From Eledone cirrhosa (Eukaryota), in NCBI GenBank assembly GCA_964016885.1, contig OZ024740.1, forward strand, positions 271,374,001-271,438,000: a stretch of 64,000 nucleotides of DNA, in the 5' to 3' direction. The notes beneath the pieces were generated by a model. The model did not search any database. It was given only the letters and a program-made list of their open reading frames with translations, and was not told the DNA's origin. Both the position numbers and the translations under genes were made by a program. Below are positions 13,835 through 28,930 of the stretch, piece by piece. Numbering within the stretch: the stretch's first letter is position 1; each line of letters opens with the position of its first letter.

Positions 13835-13993
13835 CGTGGTGTCCTTGAAATATGTATAATAAAATAAATATGGTTTTATAAATATAGTTTCCATTTGTTA
13901 ATATCGTATGTTTACTCCAAATACTTGTTGAGTGCTTTATATCAGTTATAAAAATATTTGCTTGTTGTATCCCAACAATTTAAATAGAACTTT

Positions 13994-14030
<37 letters not shown>

Positions 14031-15291
14031 CGAAGGAAATGTGATAAGGAACCAGGTGGACCATAACGCACCAAAGTACTCAATACTTAGGGTAGTAGAG
14101 TGGGTAATAGGAACAAGTAAGACCCCGACGGCTGAGCTCAAGCCGTTTCGACGGCTAATTCAGTCCAGAATTAGCCGTCGAAACGGCTTGAGCTCAGCCG
14201 TCGGGGTCTTACTTGTTCCCATATATATATATATATATATATATGCATGTATGTATGTTTGTATGTATGTATCTATGTATGTAAGTGTGTATAATGGAGG
14301 TATGAATATGTTTTAATTGTTATTAGTATTAGTATTCTCAAATCAGGGTAGTGAATTAGCTGAAATGTTAGAGCACACATGGACAACCTTTTTGGAGAAG
14401 CGGGCCGCATGAGATATAAAATCATTGTTTCTACTTTTGGCACAAGGCCAGCAATAACCCAGTGCATTACTGGTACTTTATTTTATCGACCCAGTAAGGA
14501 TGAAAGGCAAAGTTAACCTCGGTGGGAGATATAAAATAATGTTCAAGTAACGTACTGGGGTCGATTTAATCGACTTTCTTCTTCCCACATTTGCTGGCCT
14601 TGTGTCTAAATTAGAAACCATTATTTGAATGGTGGTGGATTGGCAGTATCGGTAGAGGGCCGGACGCCATGCTTTGACGCATAGAGTTACGGCCCTTGCC
14701 ATTCTGAGTTCAAATCCCGCCGAGGTTAACTTTGCCTTTCATCCTTACGGGGTCGATAAAATAAAGTACCAGTAATGCTCTGGATAATTGCTGGTCTTGT
14801 GCCTAAAGTAGAAACAATTATTTATAGTCGGGTGGATTGGCAGTATGCTTAGAGAGTCGAACGCCATGCTTTGCAGCATAGAGTTATGGCCCTTTATGAT
14901 TTGTGTTCAAATCCCGCCGTGGTTAACTTTGCCTTTTATCCTTACGGGGTCGATAAAATAAAGTACCAGTAATGCTCTGGGTAATTGCTGGCCTTGTGCC
15001 AAAAGTAGAAACAATTATTTGAATGGTAAAATGGCAAAATCGGTTGAACGTTAGACGCCATGCTTTGCAAAACAGAGTTACGTTCTGAGTTCAAATCCGG
15101 CTGAGGTTATCTTTGCTTTTCAGTCTTTCGGAGTCGATAACATTAATTACCAGTAACGTACTGGGGTCGATTTAATCGACTTCCCTCTTCCCACAATTGC
15201 TGGCCTTGTTGGTGGAGTGGCAGAATCGGCAGAGCGTTGGAAAAAATGCTTTCTTTGTGGTATTGTAATGGTAGTGGTAGTGGTGGTGGAG

Positions 15292-15330
<39 letters not shown>

Positions 15331-16007
15331 ATGGTAGTAGTAGTAGTAGTGGTGGTGCTGGTGGTGGTGGTTGTAAAACTACATGATGTGTGTATATATG
15401 TGAGTGGAAGACACCCTCCCCCCACCTCCTCATCTTCCCCCCCCACACACACACACATACACACACACCCTCCATACACCGCCAACACAGATATTATGGA
15501 AGAGGTTTACGTGATTGTGTAACGAAATAATTCATTTTCCCGCCCTCAACGTTCGTAAATTTAAACGAAGGAGTGTTTCATTCTTAGCACACACACACAC
15601 ATACACACACACACACATACACGCACACACACTCACACACGCGCGCGCGCCCACACACACACGCGCGCGCGCCCACACACATAGACATACATACACTCAT
15701 ACATACACATACACACACACATACACACACGCGCCCACACACACACACACACATACACATACGCGCCCACACACACGCACATATACACACACACACGTTC
15801 ATACATACATACACACGCATACACACACACGCGTAGACACACACATAAACTTACACACACTCAAATTCGCAGGCACGCAGGCACGCGCATATTTCCACGC
15901 ACATACATACATACATACATATATACATACATACATACACACATACATACATATATACATACACACACACACATCCACTCCCTCCCCCACATACATACAC
16001 ACACACA

Positions 16008-17878
16008 CTTGTAAGTAGCCATACACACATCTACACACCAACACACCTAATACATACATACACACACACATATACACACATCTACACACTAACACACCTA
16101 ATACATACACACACACACACACATACACACACACATACACACACACACACTTGTGAGTAGCCATACACACATCCACACATCCACACACCAACGCACCTAA
16201 TACGTACACACACAGTTGTGAGTAGCCATACACCGCCCCGGTTACACCCCCCCCCCCCCCCCACACACACACACATACACACACACACAGTTGTGAGTAA
16301 CCATACACCACCACCCACACACACACACACACACATACACACACAGTTGTGAGTAGCCATACACCACCACCCACACACACACACACACATACACACACAG
16401 TTGTGAGTAACCATACACCACCACCCACACACACACACACACACATACACACACAGTTGTGAGTAGCCATACACCACCACCCGCCCACACACACACACAT
16501 ACACACACAGTTGTGAGTAGCCATACACCACCCACCCACCCCCCCACACACACACACATACACACACAGTTGTGAGTAGCCATACACCACCACCCCCACA
16601 CACACACACACATACACACACAGTTGTGAGTAGCCATACACCACCACCCCCACACACACACACACATACACACACAGTTGTGAGTAGCCTTACACCACCA
16701 CCACCCCACACACACACACATACACACACAGTTGTGAGTAGCCATACACCACCACCACCCCACACACACACACATACACACACAGTTGTGAGTAGCCATA
16801 CACCCCCACCCCACACACACACACACACACATACACACACAGTTGTGAGTAGCCATACACCACCACCCACCCCCCACACACACACACACATACACACACA
16901 GTTGTGAGTAGCCATACACCACCACCCCCACACACACACACACATGCACACACAGTTGTGAGTAGCCTTACACCACCACCACCCCCCACACACACACATA
17001 CACACACAGTTGTGAGTAGCCATACACCACCACCACCCCACACACACACACATACACACACAGTTGTGAGTAGCCATACACCACCACCCACACACACACA
17101 CACACACACATACACACACAGTTGTGAGTAGCCATACACCACCACCCACACACACACACACATACACACACAGTTGTGAGTAGCCATACACCACCACCCA
17201 CACACACACACACACACATACACACACAGTTGTGAGTAGCCATACACCACCACCCACACACACACACACACATACACACACAGTTGTGAGTAGCCATACA
17301 CCACCACCCACACACACACACATACACACACAGTTGTGAGTAGCCATACACCACCACCCACACACACACACACATACACACACAGTTGTGAGTAGCCATA
17401 CACCACCGCCCACACACACACACACACACATACACACACAGTTGTGAGTAGCCATACACCACCACCCACACACACACACACACATACACACACAGTTGTG
17501 AGTAGCCATACACCACCACCCACACACACACACACACACACATACACACACAGTTGTGAGTAGCCATACACCACCACCCACACACACACACACATACACA
17601 CACAGTTGTGAGTAGCCATACACCACCACCCACACACACACACACACACATACACACACAGTTGTGAGTAGCCATACACCACCACCCACACACACACACA
17701 CACATACACACACAGTTGTGAGTAGCCATACACCACCACCCACACACACACACATACACACACAGTTGTGAGTAGCCATACACCACCACCCACACACACA
17801 CACACACATACACACACAGTTGTGAGTAGCCATACACCACCACCCACACATACACACACAGTTGTGAGTAGCCATACA

Positions 17879-17919
<41 letters not shown>

Positions 17920-18305
17920 TGTGAGTAGCCATACACCACCACCCACACACACACACAGTTGTGAGTAGCCATACACCCCCACCCACCCCCACCCACCCGC
18001 CGCCCCGGCCCCACATACATACACACACAGTTGTGAGTAGCCATACACCGCCATGGTGCTGCCTCCCCCCCTCCCCACACACACACACACACACACAGAG
18101 TTGTGAGTAGCCATACACCCCCCCCCCCCCCCGCCGGCCCCGGCCCCACATACATACACACACAGTTGTGAGTAGCCATACACCGCCATGGCGCTGCCTC
18201 CTCCCCCCCCCCCCCACACACACACAGTTGTGAGTAGCCATACACCCCCCCCCCCGCCCCACCCCACCCACCCACATACATACACACACAGTTGTGAGTA
18301 GCCAC
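16008..18305. repeat. Minisatellite with constant core CAGTTGTGAGTAGCCATACACC and variable (CCA)n/(CA)n spacers, roughly 40 units
   Basis: Directly visible; explains the long minus-strand ORFs in 15799-18326. Confidence 0.95.
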
Positions 18306-18759
18306 CAACACACCTATATATATCATTAAATCTTCACTATCTCCACCATCCCATTTTTACGGTTGTATATTGAACCAGCTGTCATTGAAGTTATTTCTTT
18401 CTTTCCTTCTTCTTCCATACTTTCAAAACCCGCCACTAACGACGCCATTTTCTTTTTCCTATTCTACACAAATCAACCTTAGAAAATCAACACCTACCTA
18501 CCCACAGTGACACCCAGTTCTGTGGGTGGTGTCTAATTATCTTTGTCTAACTCTGTATGTGTATGTGTATGTGTGTGTGTGTGTGTACATGTGCGTGTGT
18601 GTATGATGGTTTGTTGTCGATGTCTGTCTGTAATTCTGCGTATGTGCTTGTGCATGTCTCACTATAAATATGTGTATATGTGCGTGTATGTATACATACA
18701 TACATACACACACACAAACTCACATGTATATGTGCATACATATATATATGTATGTATGT

Positions 18760-18812
<53 letters not shown>

Positions 18813-18822
18813 TATATGTATG

Positions 18823-18893
<71 letters not shown>

Positions 18894-18985
18894 ATAATAA
18901 TATAGTAATAATAATAAATGTGAAGACTAAAATCCGAAGAGGGCTCGATGTATGTGTATATATATGAGGACTATATGTATTTATA

Positions 18986-19058
<73 letters not shown>

Positions 19059-19065
19059 GTATATA

Positions 19066-19118
<53 letters not shown>

Positions 19119-19177
19119 TTATTTATATATATACAATGATATTAAATAAATGGAAACTATATTTATAAAACGATATT

Positions 19178-19237
19178 TATTCTATTATATATATTTCAAG
19201 GGTACCAAAACTTTGGTACGCTCTCATCAGATAAAAT
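19178..19237 (-). ncRNA. Type I hammerhead motif (family C)
   Basis: Reverse complement: ATTTTAT-CTGATGA-GAGCGTACCAAA gt TTTGGTACCCTT-GAA-ATATATAT-A-ATAGAAT. Confidence 0.75.
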
Positions 19238-19454
19238 ACAAAGTTTGTTTTATAAATATTGACATATCCAGGAAGAAGATCTTAACGATTCAGGTTTTTC
19301 CTGGATTGTAAAAGGAAAGAAGGGAAAGAGAAGAAAAGTCAAATATTTCAAATTATTAAGATGAGTATGCGAATGAGGTTGAGGTATTTTTAGCGTCTAA
19401 AAACTGTCGAGTGCTTCGAATCAGTTATAAACTGATTCGAATTATATTATATTC

Positions 19455-19522
<68 letters not shown>

Positions 19523-19766
19523 ATATTTGGGGAGGGTCATATTTGCGTAATATTGCCAGAATTAATAACAGAACACACTCACTGTTTGGTTGGTTTTCGC
19601 TTCTCGCTGTCTTTTACTAATTCATCGCCGCTATATATATATATATATATAATAGCCGTCGAAACAGTTTGAGCTCTGCCGTCGGGTCATACTTTTTCCT
19701 ATATATATATATATATATGAGTGTGTGTGTGTGTGTGCGTGTGTGTGTGTGTGTATGTATATATAT

Positions 19767-19952
19767 CGTTTTTCACAAAAATAATTTAAAAAGTGATAAC
19801 TATAGGTGGAGAGGTTAAACACACCTCAAAATAGAGTAATGTATCTTAATAGGCAAAATCAAAAGGCTATGTATTAACCCTTCTGAAAGAATTTCCCAAA
19901 AATGTGTATATACAAACTCCTATTGTGCCAAAATTAACAATTGCACTAGAAG

Positions 19953-20024
<72 letters not shown>

Positions 20025-20025
20025 A

Positions 20026-20108
<83 letters not shown>

Positions 20109-20109
20109 A

Positions 20110-20207
<98 letters not shown>

Positions 20208-20310
20208 TATTATTATTATTATTATACGTCTAGTGCAATTGTTAATTTTGAGGTGTGTTTAACCTCTCCGCCTATAGTTATAACTTTTTAAATTATTTTT
20301 GTGAAAAACG
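19767..20310. repeat. Inverted pair (about 19767-19955 and 20225-20310) separated by TA/TG microsatellites
   Basis: CGTTTTTCACAAAAATAATTTAAAAAG..GAGAGGTTAAACACACCTCAAAAT is reverse-complemented at about 20244-20310. Confidence 0.75.
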
Positions 20311-20328
20311 ATATATATACATATACAT

Positions 20329-20410
<82 letters not shown>

Positions 20411-20574
20411 TTTCTGAATTTGTTTAGCAAGATTCTTTATCTGAAAACGTGTGTTGAAACCGATATTGTTATACTTTGGGATAACAATATATATATATAT
20501 ATATATATAAAATGTTTAAAAAAATAATGAATAAAACAATGAAACAGTTCCTTATATTAAACAAAAAAAGTTCA

Positions 20575-20718
20575 TTATTTAACGATCGTTTCTAGGACAT
20601 ATATGTGTTAGAATTGGCATGCATATTCAACAGATCTATGTACAAAATTATACAAAATTATACAAACTATCAAATATAATATACATACCAACACATACAT
20701 ATGCCGTCTTCAGATATA
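20575..20718 (-). ncRNA. Hammerhead motif with a long stem II
   Basis: Reverse complement: CTGAAGA-C-GGCATATGTATGTGTTG...TAACACATATATGTCC-TA-GAA-ACGATCGT-T-AAATA; the 5' strand of stem I merges into a TA run. Confidence 0.55.
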
Positions 20719-20747
20719 TATATATATAGGAAAATGTTTATAAGTAT

Positions 20748-20786
<39 letters not shown>

Positions 20787-21145
20787 AAAAATTTTAACCC
20801 CGACGGCAGAACTCAAGCCGTTTCGACGGCTATTTCTAGTCCAGAAATAGCCGTCGAAACGGCTTGAACTCTGCCGTCGGGGTTAAACATTTTCCTATTA
20901 CCCACTCTACTGCTCTAAGTATTGAGTACTCTGGTGCGTTATGCTCCATCTGGTTCCTTACCATACCTCCTTCGTTATATATATATATATATATATATAT
21001 GCACCAATTTTTTAAGGCAATAATTGGTGCTTTGCTGGTTTGGTTTGCTGCATGGCTGGATGGTTGGTTAGATAGTGGTCATCCAAGGTTAAAAAGTGAG
21101 TGGAAATATATATATATAAATGTGTGTGTGTATGTGATGTGTGTT

Positions 21146-21208
<63 letters not shown>

Positions 21209-21480
21209 ATACAGTTGTCCCCCAGTATTCGCGGGGTTACGTTCCTAGAGCAACTGCGAAGAGGGAAAAACCGTGAATATTGGACGTTGTCCATAAAAAT
21301 GCCTATAAACGTCAAAACATAACGTAAAATATAGGCCAAATATAGCCAAATATGGTATATTATCATTGATAATTTAGCGTTAAAAGCGTGAAAAAATATA
21401 TATTCCCATGAAAAGCCATAAAAAATGGCGGAAGATATTTACGATTCCTCGAATATGCAGTGGTTTCCACAAACAACTAT
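21209..21480 (+). mobile_element. pogo/Tigger-like transposon end
   Basis: TA-CAGTTGTCCCCCAGTATTCGCGGGGTTACGTTCC start resembles pogo-type TIRs; second TIR not seen. Confidence 0.45.
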
Positions 21481-22828
21481 TAGTTAGGTTCTTTTTTTAT
21501 TCAGAAACACGATTTTTCATATTTAATATATAACTGTTTCTACTTTTGGCACAAGGCCAGCAATTACCCAGTACATTACTGGTACTTTATTTTATCGACC
21601 CCCGTAAGGATGAAAGGCAAAGTTAACCTCGGCGGGATTTGAACTCAGGATGGCAAGGGCCGTAACTCTTTGTGTCAAAGCATTGCGTCCGGCCCTCTAC
21701 CGATACTGCCAATCCACCGCCCAATCCACATATTTAATATATAACGATACCTTTACATAGTATATAACTGCTCCAGATTGTATTAACTTGTTTCAGCTGA
21801 TTGATTGGCTAATTCCAGCACCTTGTAACGTCTTGTCCTCTTTATATCTGCCTTCATCTTTTGAACATTATTTTCACATTTCACTTTTGTATTTGTTTTA
21901 CAAGGTTGTTGATGTGAAATCTTGTGTTAAAACAGATAAAACTGTATAAACTTTGGGAGTGTCATGCTGCCAATAAAAACACACGCACTAGATGTTTTCA
22001 TTTCACATTATTATTAGTCATGTAACTTATCCAGTAAATAGCTTAGTTTATTTATTTTCCAGGTGGTTAATAAATTGTCATATTCATTTTTATTCATCAA
22101 AGCTCTTTCGTCACATCCTCAATGACTAGTCTTGCTCCTCTGTATCTCCTCTTTGTTCTGATCTTGCTATTGTTGTTATTGTTCTTGTTCTTGTTGTTGT
22201 TGTTTTGTTGTTTAATTCCAGCTCAGCCCTGATTAAGCAAACCTATAATCTACGGCATTCCAGCCTTGATCATCATCCCTTTTGTCAGACATAGTGTATT
22301 TAAAACTACGTTTAAATATGTTCCGTTTAACTCACATGATTCATACAGAACTGTAATTGTGTATGCTGGTTGCTAAGAATCAATAACTTTTGTTTTCTGG
22401 GAAATTAATAATGGTTGCAACCCTTTAATGACTGGTTTTTTTAAAATAGTTTTAACCAATCAAATGTATCTATCTTCTACAATTTCGATTGGTCAGTTGA
22501 TACTTATAAGTTACTGGTCATAAACAAACAGCACGGATTATGTGGGGGCGGAATTAGCTGAATCATTGAAGTGTTGTATAATGTTTCCTGGTTTTAGTCA
22601 CGGCTCTTTATGTTCTAAGCACAAATTCTACCGGATTTCCTCTTTCGTGTCATTCTGGGGTAGATAAAATAGCGTACCAATAGTGTATACTCATATATTA
22701 CATCCTAGCTGAATATGCTGTTATATCAGAAAATATTATAAACTGATATTTTCCTACACAATTATTTTAGACCTCAAAAAAATCCTTCGTGTAAAAATAA
22801 TATATCTATCTATGAAAATGTATCTATG

Positions 22829-23728
22829 TACTCTCGGGTCTCAAATAATAGAGGGGCCGGAATAAGCGGGGTGGTTGGAAAATTGGGAATTTTTCTAGGT
22901 TGTCTCCGTTAATTTTTTTTAAAAAAACAGAATTAGTTGATTAGTTTACATCAAGAATGGGCAACCTTTTTCGAGAAGCGGGCCGCCTGAGATATGGCTC
23001 GTCATCAGGCGGGTCGCAAGCGCTAATTTACATTCGTGCCCACATTTTTAAAAAAAAGGGGGAGGGCTGTAACTCAGGTTGTTTTGATTTGTTTCTTCAA
23101 AATTCGTACACGTTGTTTCCCTCGATAGTAAAAATGATAGAAAGATAGATTACGACTGAAAAGTTGGGGTAAAAAAATCAGAAAGACTTCACTTTGGTGA
23201 CTTAGTCGAACCATTCAGAAAGCTTCGCGGGTTGCATGCGACTCGCAGGCCTCAGTTTGCTCATGATTGGTTTACATATTGAGACCCCAACCCAAACGCC
23301 TTCTCCATTCTGTCCGCCAGGAGCCGTGGGCGGCCAGCACGTGGGACCCCATTTGCTCATAATACAGAGAGATGGGGAGGGCGAGAGTGGTGGAGGCAAT
23401 GACAGTGGGAGTTCGGCTCTTCCGTTTTCGGACACATTTATCAATTCTATGTTGCTGTTGTCTATACAGCTAACTTTATATAAAAAATTGTTGAAGGAAT
23501 CCTAATTAATTTATAACGTAGGGGATTTCTTGTAATGTACTTTATTTTTGTCATGTATAATGTTTTTTAATGTATAAAGAGAATTAACTGTCGCAGGAAT
23601 GCTACCACTTAAAATAAAATTTCGCCGGCGATAGATTAGTAACATTTAATAAGCGGGTGGATTTGGATAAGAGCGGGGGAAGTCCTGAAAAATTAATAAG
23701 CGGAGGAGAGGGTGCCTATTCGAGAGTA
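22829..23728. mobile_element. Decayed TIR DNA element or MITE
   Basis: Ends TACTCTCG / CGAGAGTA with repeated subterminal AATAAGCGG motifs. Confidence 0.5.
22952..23269. mobile_element. hAT-type MITE with an 8-bp target-site duplication, nested in another TIR element
   Basis: TSD GTTTACAT at 22944-22951 and 23270-23277; imperfect TIRs CAAGAATGGGCAA / TTGCTCATGATTG; related fragment at about 14380-14415. Confidence 0.8.
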
Positions 23729-23899
23729 CATGTATATATATATGTGTGTGTTGATGGGGTGTTTATGAACAAATATTTATATGCCGTAACTTAACAGTTC
23801 GATGAAAAGGAAATCGATAAACTAAGTACTGGAGACGATATGATCATTTAATTCCCTTCATGGTGGTGCTCCTGTGTGGCACTAGGGAAAGAACAAAAG

Positions 23900-23954
<55 letters not shown>

Positions 23955-23960
<6 letters not shown>

Positions 23961-24247
23961 ATACTTTGGGAGGGTCATGTTGCCAATAAGAAACACACGC
24001 ACCAGTTGCTTTCACTTCAATTTATTATAATAAATTTATAAATTTATAAATTTATAGATTTCTGGTTGGTTGGTTCCACAACCAGATAGTTGTTTATATA
24101 TTGTCATAGTTCTTTCGTCACATACTCTGTGACCTCTTCAGTGACTGGGGATTCTTATTGGCAACATGACCCTCCTAAAGTATAACAATATCGGTTTCAA
24201 CACACGATTTCAGATAAAGAGTCTTGCTAAACAAATTCAGAAACGAT
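23955..24247. mobile_element. Fold-back family E; fragments at about 19517-19630, 20408-20488, 21945-22130, 39881-39950, 52208-52250
   Basis: TTGTTATACTTTGGGAGGGTCATGTTGCCAATAAGAA is inverted at about 24152-24190; TA flanks; internal hammerhead. Confidence 0.75.
24103..24145 (-). ncRNA. Minimal type I hammerhead motif (family E)
   Basis: Reverse complement: GTCA-CTGAAGA-G-GTCACA gagta TGTGAC-GAA-AGAACT-A-TGAC. Confidence 0.75.
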
Positions 24248-24613
24248 ATATATATATATATATATATATTAAAGAGTTAAACAAGATTCAATGAGTACAT
24301 CAAAGAATGAGTTTTACAGTAGATTGGAAGCACTCTACAGCAAAAATAATTTTCCAGAGTTATTAATATTAAAATACAAATATTAATAAAATAGATGTTC
24401 TTTTGATCAATTATATTTTATTATACATATTTCGGAGGTACAACAGTACGTCCTCATCAAACAAAATATAATGATACATGACATACCCTGAGATGTTAAA
24501 TGGTTAAGATTTAATCAAGGTAGTGACTACCTTGATTATCATTATATTTTGTCTGATATATGTATAATAAAATGTAATTGATCAAAAGAACATCTATTTT
24601 ATTAATATTTATA

Positions 24614-24743
<130 letters not shown>

Positions 24744-24856
24744 TAGAAGGGGTATTTAATTTGTTGGAAGTCCGACAAATATAAATGTTTATAACTGATT
24801 TAAAGCACTCAACAATTTACTGGAGTAAATATTCAATGATATTAAACAAACTTTGT

Positions 24857-24917
24857 ATTTTATCTGAGGAAAGCGTACCAATGTGTTTTGGTATCCTTGA
24901 AATATATATAATAAAAT
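24857..24917 (+). ncRNA. Type I hammerhead motif (family C)
   Basis: ATTTTAT-CTGAGGA-AAGCGTACCAA..TTGGTATCCTT-GAA-ATATATAT-A-ATAAAAT. Confidence 0.75.
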
Positions 24918-24957
24918 AAATATGGTTTTATAAATATAGTTTCCATTTATTTAATAT

Positions 24958-25018
<61 letters not shown>

Positions 25019-25141
25019 TATTTATTAAATAAATTAAATCTGTTATTTTAATAAATATTTGCTCTACGGTTCTTATATATTTGACATATATTTATCCTTA
25101 TCGAGCCCTCTTTGGATTTTAGTCTTCAAATTTATTATTAT

Positions 25142-25178
<37 letters not shown>

Positions 25179-26293
25179 GTATGTTTGTATGTTTGTATGT
25201 ATGTATATATATATGTGTATGTTTCTGTCAAATTTGGTCAATATGGAGTGAAACAGTCATATATGTACGTGTTTATATATGTGTGTGTATGAGTGTGGGA
25301 GTGAAATGTATGTGTAGCTATAAACTATACTTAGGAGTGGTTAATAGAGGTGTGCTTCTAGAACAACAGGTATTATCGACACGTGACATGTTGAAGGTTA
25401 GCTGGGTTGGGAACTTTTATGTATCTTCAAATTTCGTTTTATGATATTTTATTTATTTTATTTATTTTATTTATTTTATTTTATATATTTTGTTGCCTTC
25501 TTTTAGTAATTTTTGTGTTTTACTTTTTTTTTTTTCTTTTTCTTCTTTTTTTTCTTTTTATATTTTCCTAACCTAACGTATAGAGAAGTAAAGGTACGTA
25601 AACTTGCGATGACATTCTATTGTTTGGAACGGTAGACTTTTCAGTCTTCTCGTGGCAACCACGTGGCAATCTCGAGGCAATATTCAGAAAAACAACGCAT
25701 CACTTGTTTTTTTCATTAATCGTAACTTGATCAAATACCAATACTGTTATAAAGTTGTGAAATCAGTCGATTTCACCACTTTGCGCTTGTGGTTGTGTGT
25801 TTGCGTGTGTGTGTGTATGCGTGTGTGTGTGTGTGTGTGTGTGCGTGCGTGTGTGTGTGTATGCGTGCGTGTGTGTGTGTGTGTAGGTGTATGTGTGTAT
25901 GTGTGTATGCGTATGTGTGTGTGTGCGCGTGTGTGTGTGTGTGCGTGTGTGTGTGTGTGCGTGTGTGTGTCTATGTGTGTGCGTGTGTGTGCGTGTGTGT
26001 GCGTGTGTGTAAGCGTATGTGTCTGTTAGTTGGAAATCTTTTATACCTGACACATAACAGCAGGTGGGCTGTCTCACTTTCAAGTATCAAATGCGAAACG
26101 TTGATCATTTTAGACTACCAAAGCAATTAACTTAATTAATTTAATTAGCTCTTGGTAAGCATCCCGAGTACAAACCAAAACCGAGGCGTCGCCATATCAC
26201 GAAACGTAACCTTAAGTACTTGGACATTATACACTGTAAATTGGGAATAGCTTGCTGTGAATAAAAGAGAATAATAGGAGTAACCAGCAAGAA

Positions 26294-26667
26294 CATCAAA
26301 TATCGAATTGGCCATCAAATATCGAATTGGTCATCACATATCGAATTGGTCATCAAATATCGAATTGGCCATCAAATATCGTTTGGTCATCACATATCGA
26401 ATTGGTCATCAAATATCGAATTGGCCATCAAATATCAAATTGGCCATCAAATATCGAATTGGTCATCAAATATCGAATTGGTCATCAAATATCGAATTGG
26501 CCATCAAATATCGATTTGGTCATCAAATATCGAATTGGTCATCAAATATCGAATTGGCCATCAAATATCGAATTGGCCATCAAATATCGAATTGGTCATC
26601 AAATATCGAATTGGCCATCAAATATCGAATTGGTCATCAAATATCGAATTGGCCATCAAATATCGAA
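26294..26667. repeat. 19-bp tandem repeat CATCAAATATCGAATTGG(C/T), about 20 copies
   Basis: Directly visible and highly homogeneous. Confidence 0.95.
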
Positions 26668-26701
26668 ACGTATTGCCCAAAACTGCACGCTGTTATTTTA
26701 A

Positions 26702-26786
26702 TACGAGGATCGGTTGAAAAGTTCATAGGCTGACCAAGATACTCTCATGGAATGACCAAGTGAGGTTTATTTTTCAACATAGTCCC
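26702..26786 (+). mobile_element. mariner-like terminal fragment
   Basis: TA-CGAGGATCGGTTGAAAAGTTC...TTTTTCAACATAGTCCC. Confidence 0.55.
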
Positions 26787-28642
26787 TGGAAAGAAACAAT
26801 GCAGTTATTAATGGTTTCTGATTTAGGCACAAGACCAACAATTTTAGGGGAGGGGGAAGTCGATTAAATCGATACCAGTGCATTAGTGGTGCTTTATTTT
26901 ATCGACCTCGCAAGGATGAAAGGCAAAGCTAACCTCGGCGGGATTTGAACTCAGAACGTAAAGGGATGTAACTCTGTGCTGCAAAGCATGGTGTCCGACG
27001 CTCTATCGATACTGTCAATCCACCGCCCAAATGCAGTTATTAATAAGAGTTGATATTAATTCATGCAAGATTTCACAGCCCTATCATCATTCCGTCATAG
27101 TCAGCCTATGAATGTTTCCCCCGACCCTTGTATTTATTGGGTCGTCAAGTATGAAATTTGTAGATATTTGTAGAAAAAAAGAAATTTCTACAAATTTCAT
27201 ACTTGATGACCCAATACAATAGATATAAAATTTGTAATGGATTTCCATCGGTTTCGATGATGAATCTTCCAGTTTTTTTTTATCATCTGAATAGTCTGCT
27301 AATGAAATTGGCGTGTAAATTGTTGAGCATTCCACAGACACGTGTACCCATACCGTAATTCGCTGGGAGATTCGGCGTGGCAGTGTATGACGAAGCTGGC
27401 CCTTTGAATTACTGGTACAGACCATTTGACTAACTTTCAAATAGTTACTGTCTACCCAATTTCCTTCACAGATCGTGAGTCGACCCGAGGCTATAACAAG
27501 TTGCACTTGTCCAAGGTGCCACACAGAGAGGGATCGAACTTAAAAACTAACGATTGCGAAACATACCTCAAACCATTCGCCCATGCTCTGTCTAATGAAA
27601 TGTTTTTGTGTCGTTGTTGTTTTTAGTTTTTCTGTTGTTTTCTTTATTTTTTATTCAACATTTTCAACCCACAATATCAAGAACGTCTGCTTTTGTTCAA
27701 CTACTTGCATTAAATTTCCTATAGTTGCTTGCTACATTGAACTTTATATTTTCTCTGCATTCTTCATTGTCTTGTCGTCACAGTTGAGTGAAACAAATAT
27801 ATAACCCCCCACAGATACTAAACAGGTCATACCACCACCCACATTCATTTGATCAAAAGATTATGTGTCAAGGTGAATTGTTGACGATTTCAACAATTGG
27901 ATTCACTAATTCCTTTTTATATAACATTACTATTCTGTTTTATTCTTACTGGTGGATTGGCAGTATCGGTAGATGGTCGGACGCCATGCTTTGCAGAAAA
28001 GAGTTACGGCCCTTTATGGTCTGAGTTCAAATCCCGCCGAGGTTAACTTTGCCTTTCATCCTTGCGGGGGTCGATAAAATAAAGTACCAGTAATACACTG
28101 GGATAATTGCTGACCTTGTGCCAAAAGTAAAAATCATTATTACATAATAACTTTTAAGATAGTAAAATATTAGTTAAGCGACAAACACATCAGAATAATG
28201 TTTTCTGATTTAGGCAGAAGGTCAATAATTTTAGGGGAGAGGAACGTTGAATGAATCAACCCCAGTACATTACTGGTGCTTTATTTTATCGAACCCCGTA
28301 AAGATGAAAGGGAAAGCTAACCTCGGCGCGGTTCGAACTCAGAACGCAATGGGCCGTACATCTATGCCACGAAGCAAGTTCTCCGACGCTCTACCGATAC
28401 GGCCAATCCACCGGCGTAACACTACAGTTGTGAATGCTTAAGTTTTGTAATTTTTTAGAACTTTGAAACTGGAGTTTATTATTTAAAATAAGCCCCAGCT
28501 ATTAAATTACCAGTAATGCACTGGGTAATTGCTGGCCTTGTGCCTAAAGTAGAAACAATTATTTAAAATAAGCCCTTTATAGTCTGAGTTCAAATCCCGC
28601 CGGGGTTGATAAAATAAAGCACCAGTATATATTTGATATGTA

Positions 28643-28684
<42 letters not shown>

Positions 28685-28689
28685 ATGTA

Positions 28690-28735
<46 letters not shown>

Positions 28736-28737
<2 letters not shown>

Positions 28738-28930
28738 AACAAGTATGACCCCGACGGCAGAGCTGAAGCCGTTTCGACGGCTAATTCTGGACGAGTCCAG
28801 AATTAGCCGTCAAAACGGCTTCAGCTCTGCCGTCGGGGTCATCCTTGTTCCTATTACCCATTCTACTACCCTAAGTATTGAGTACTTTGGTGCGTTATGG
28901 TCTATCTGGTTCCTTACCACATTTCCTTCG

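Noticed and set aside
16082-18326. Long ORFs (743, 531 and 452 aa) and a CRISPR-like look
   Set aside because: Translations of a stop-poor minisatellite, open in several frames. Spacers are CA microsatellite rather than unique sequence, there are no cas genes, and the context is eukaryotic.
18325-18540. Minus-strand ATG-initiated 41-aa frame (MASLVAGFESMEEEGKK...), possibly a first exon or an L1/Tx1 ORF1 start
   Set aside because: It stops early with no supported continuation and cannot be assigned without a search.
26308-26733. Three overlapping repetitive ORFs
   Set aside because: A consequence of a stop-free 19-bp tandem repeat.
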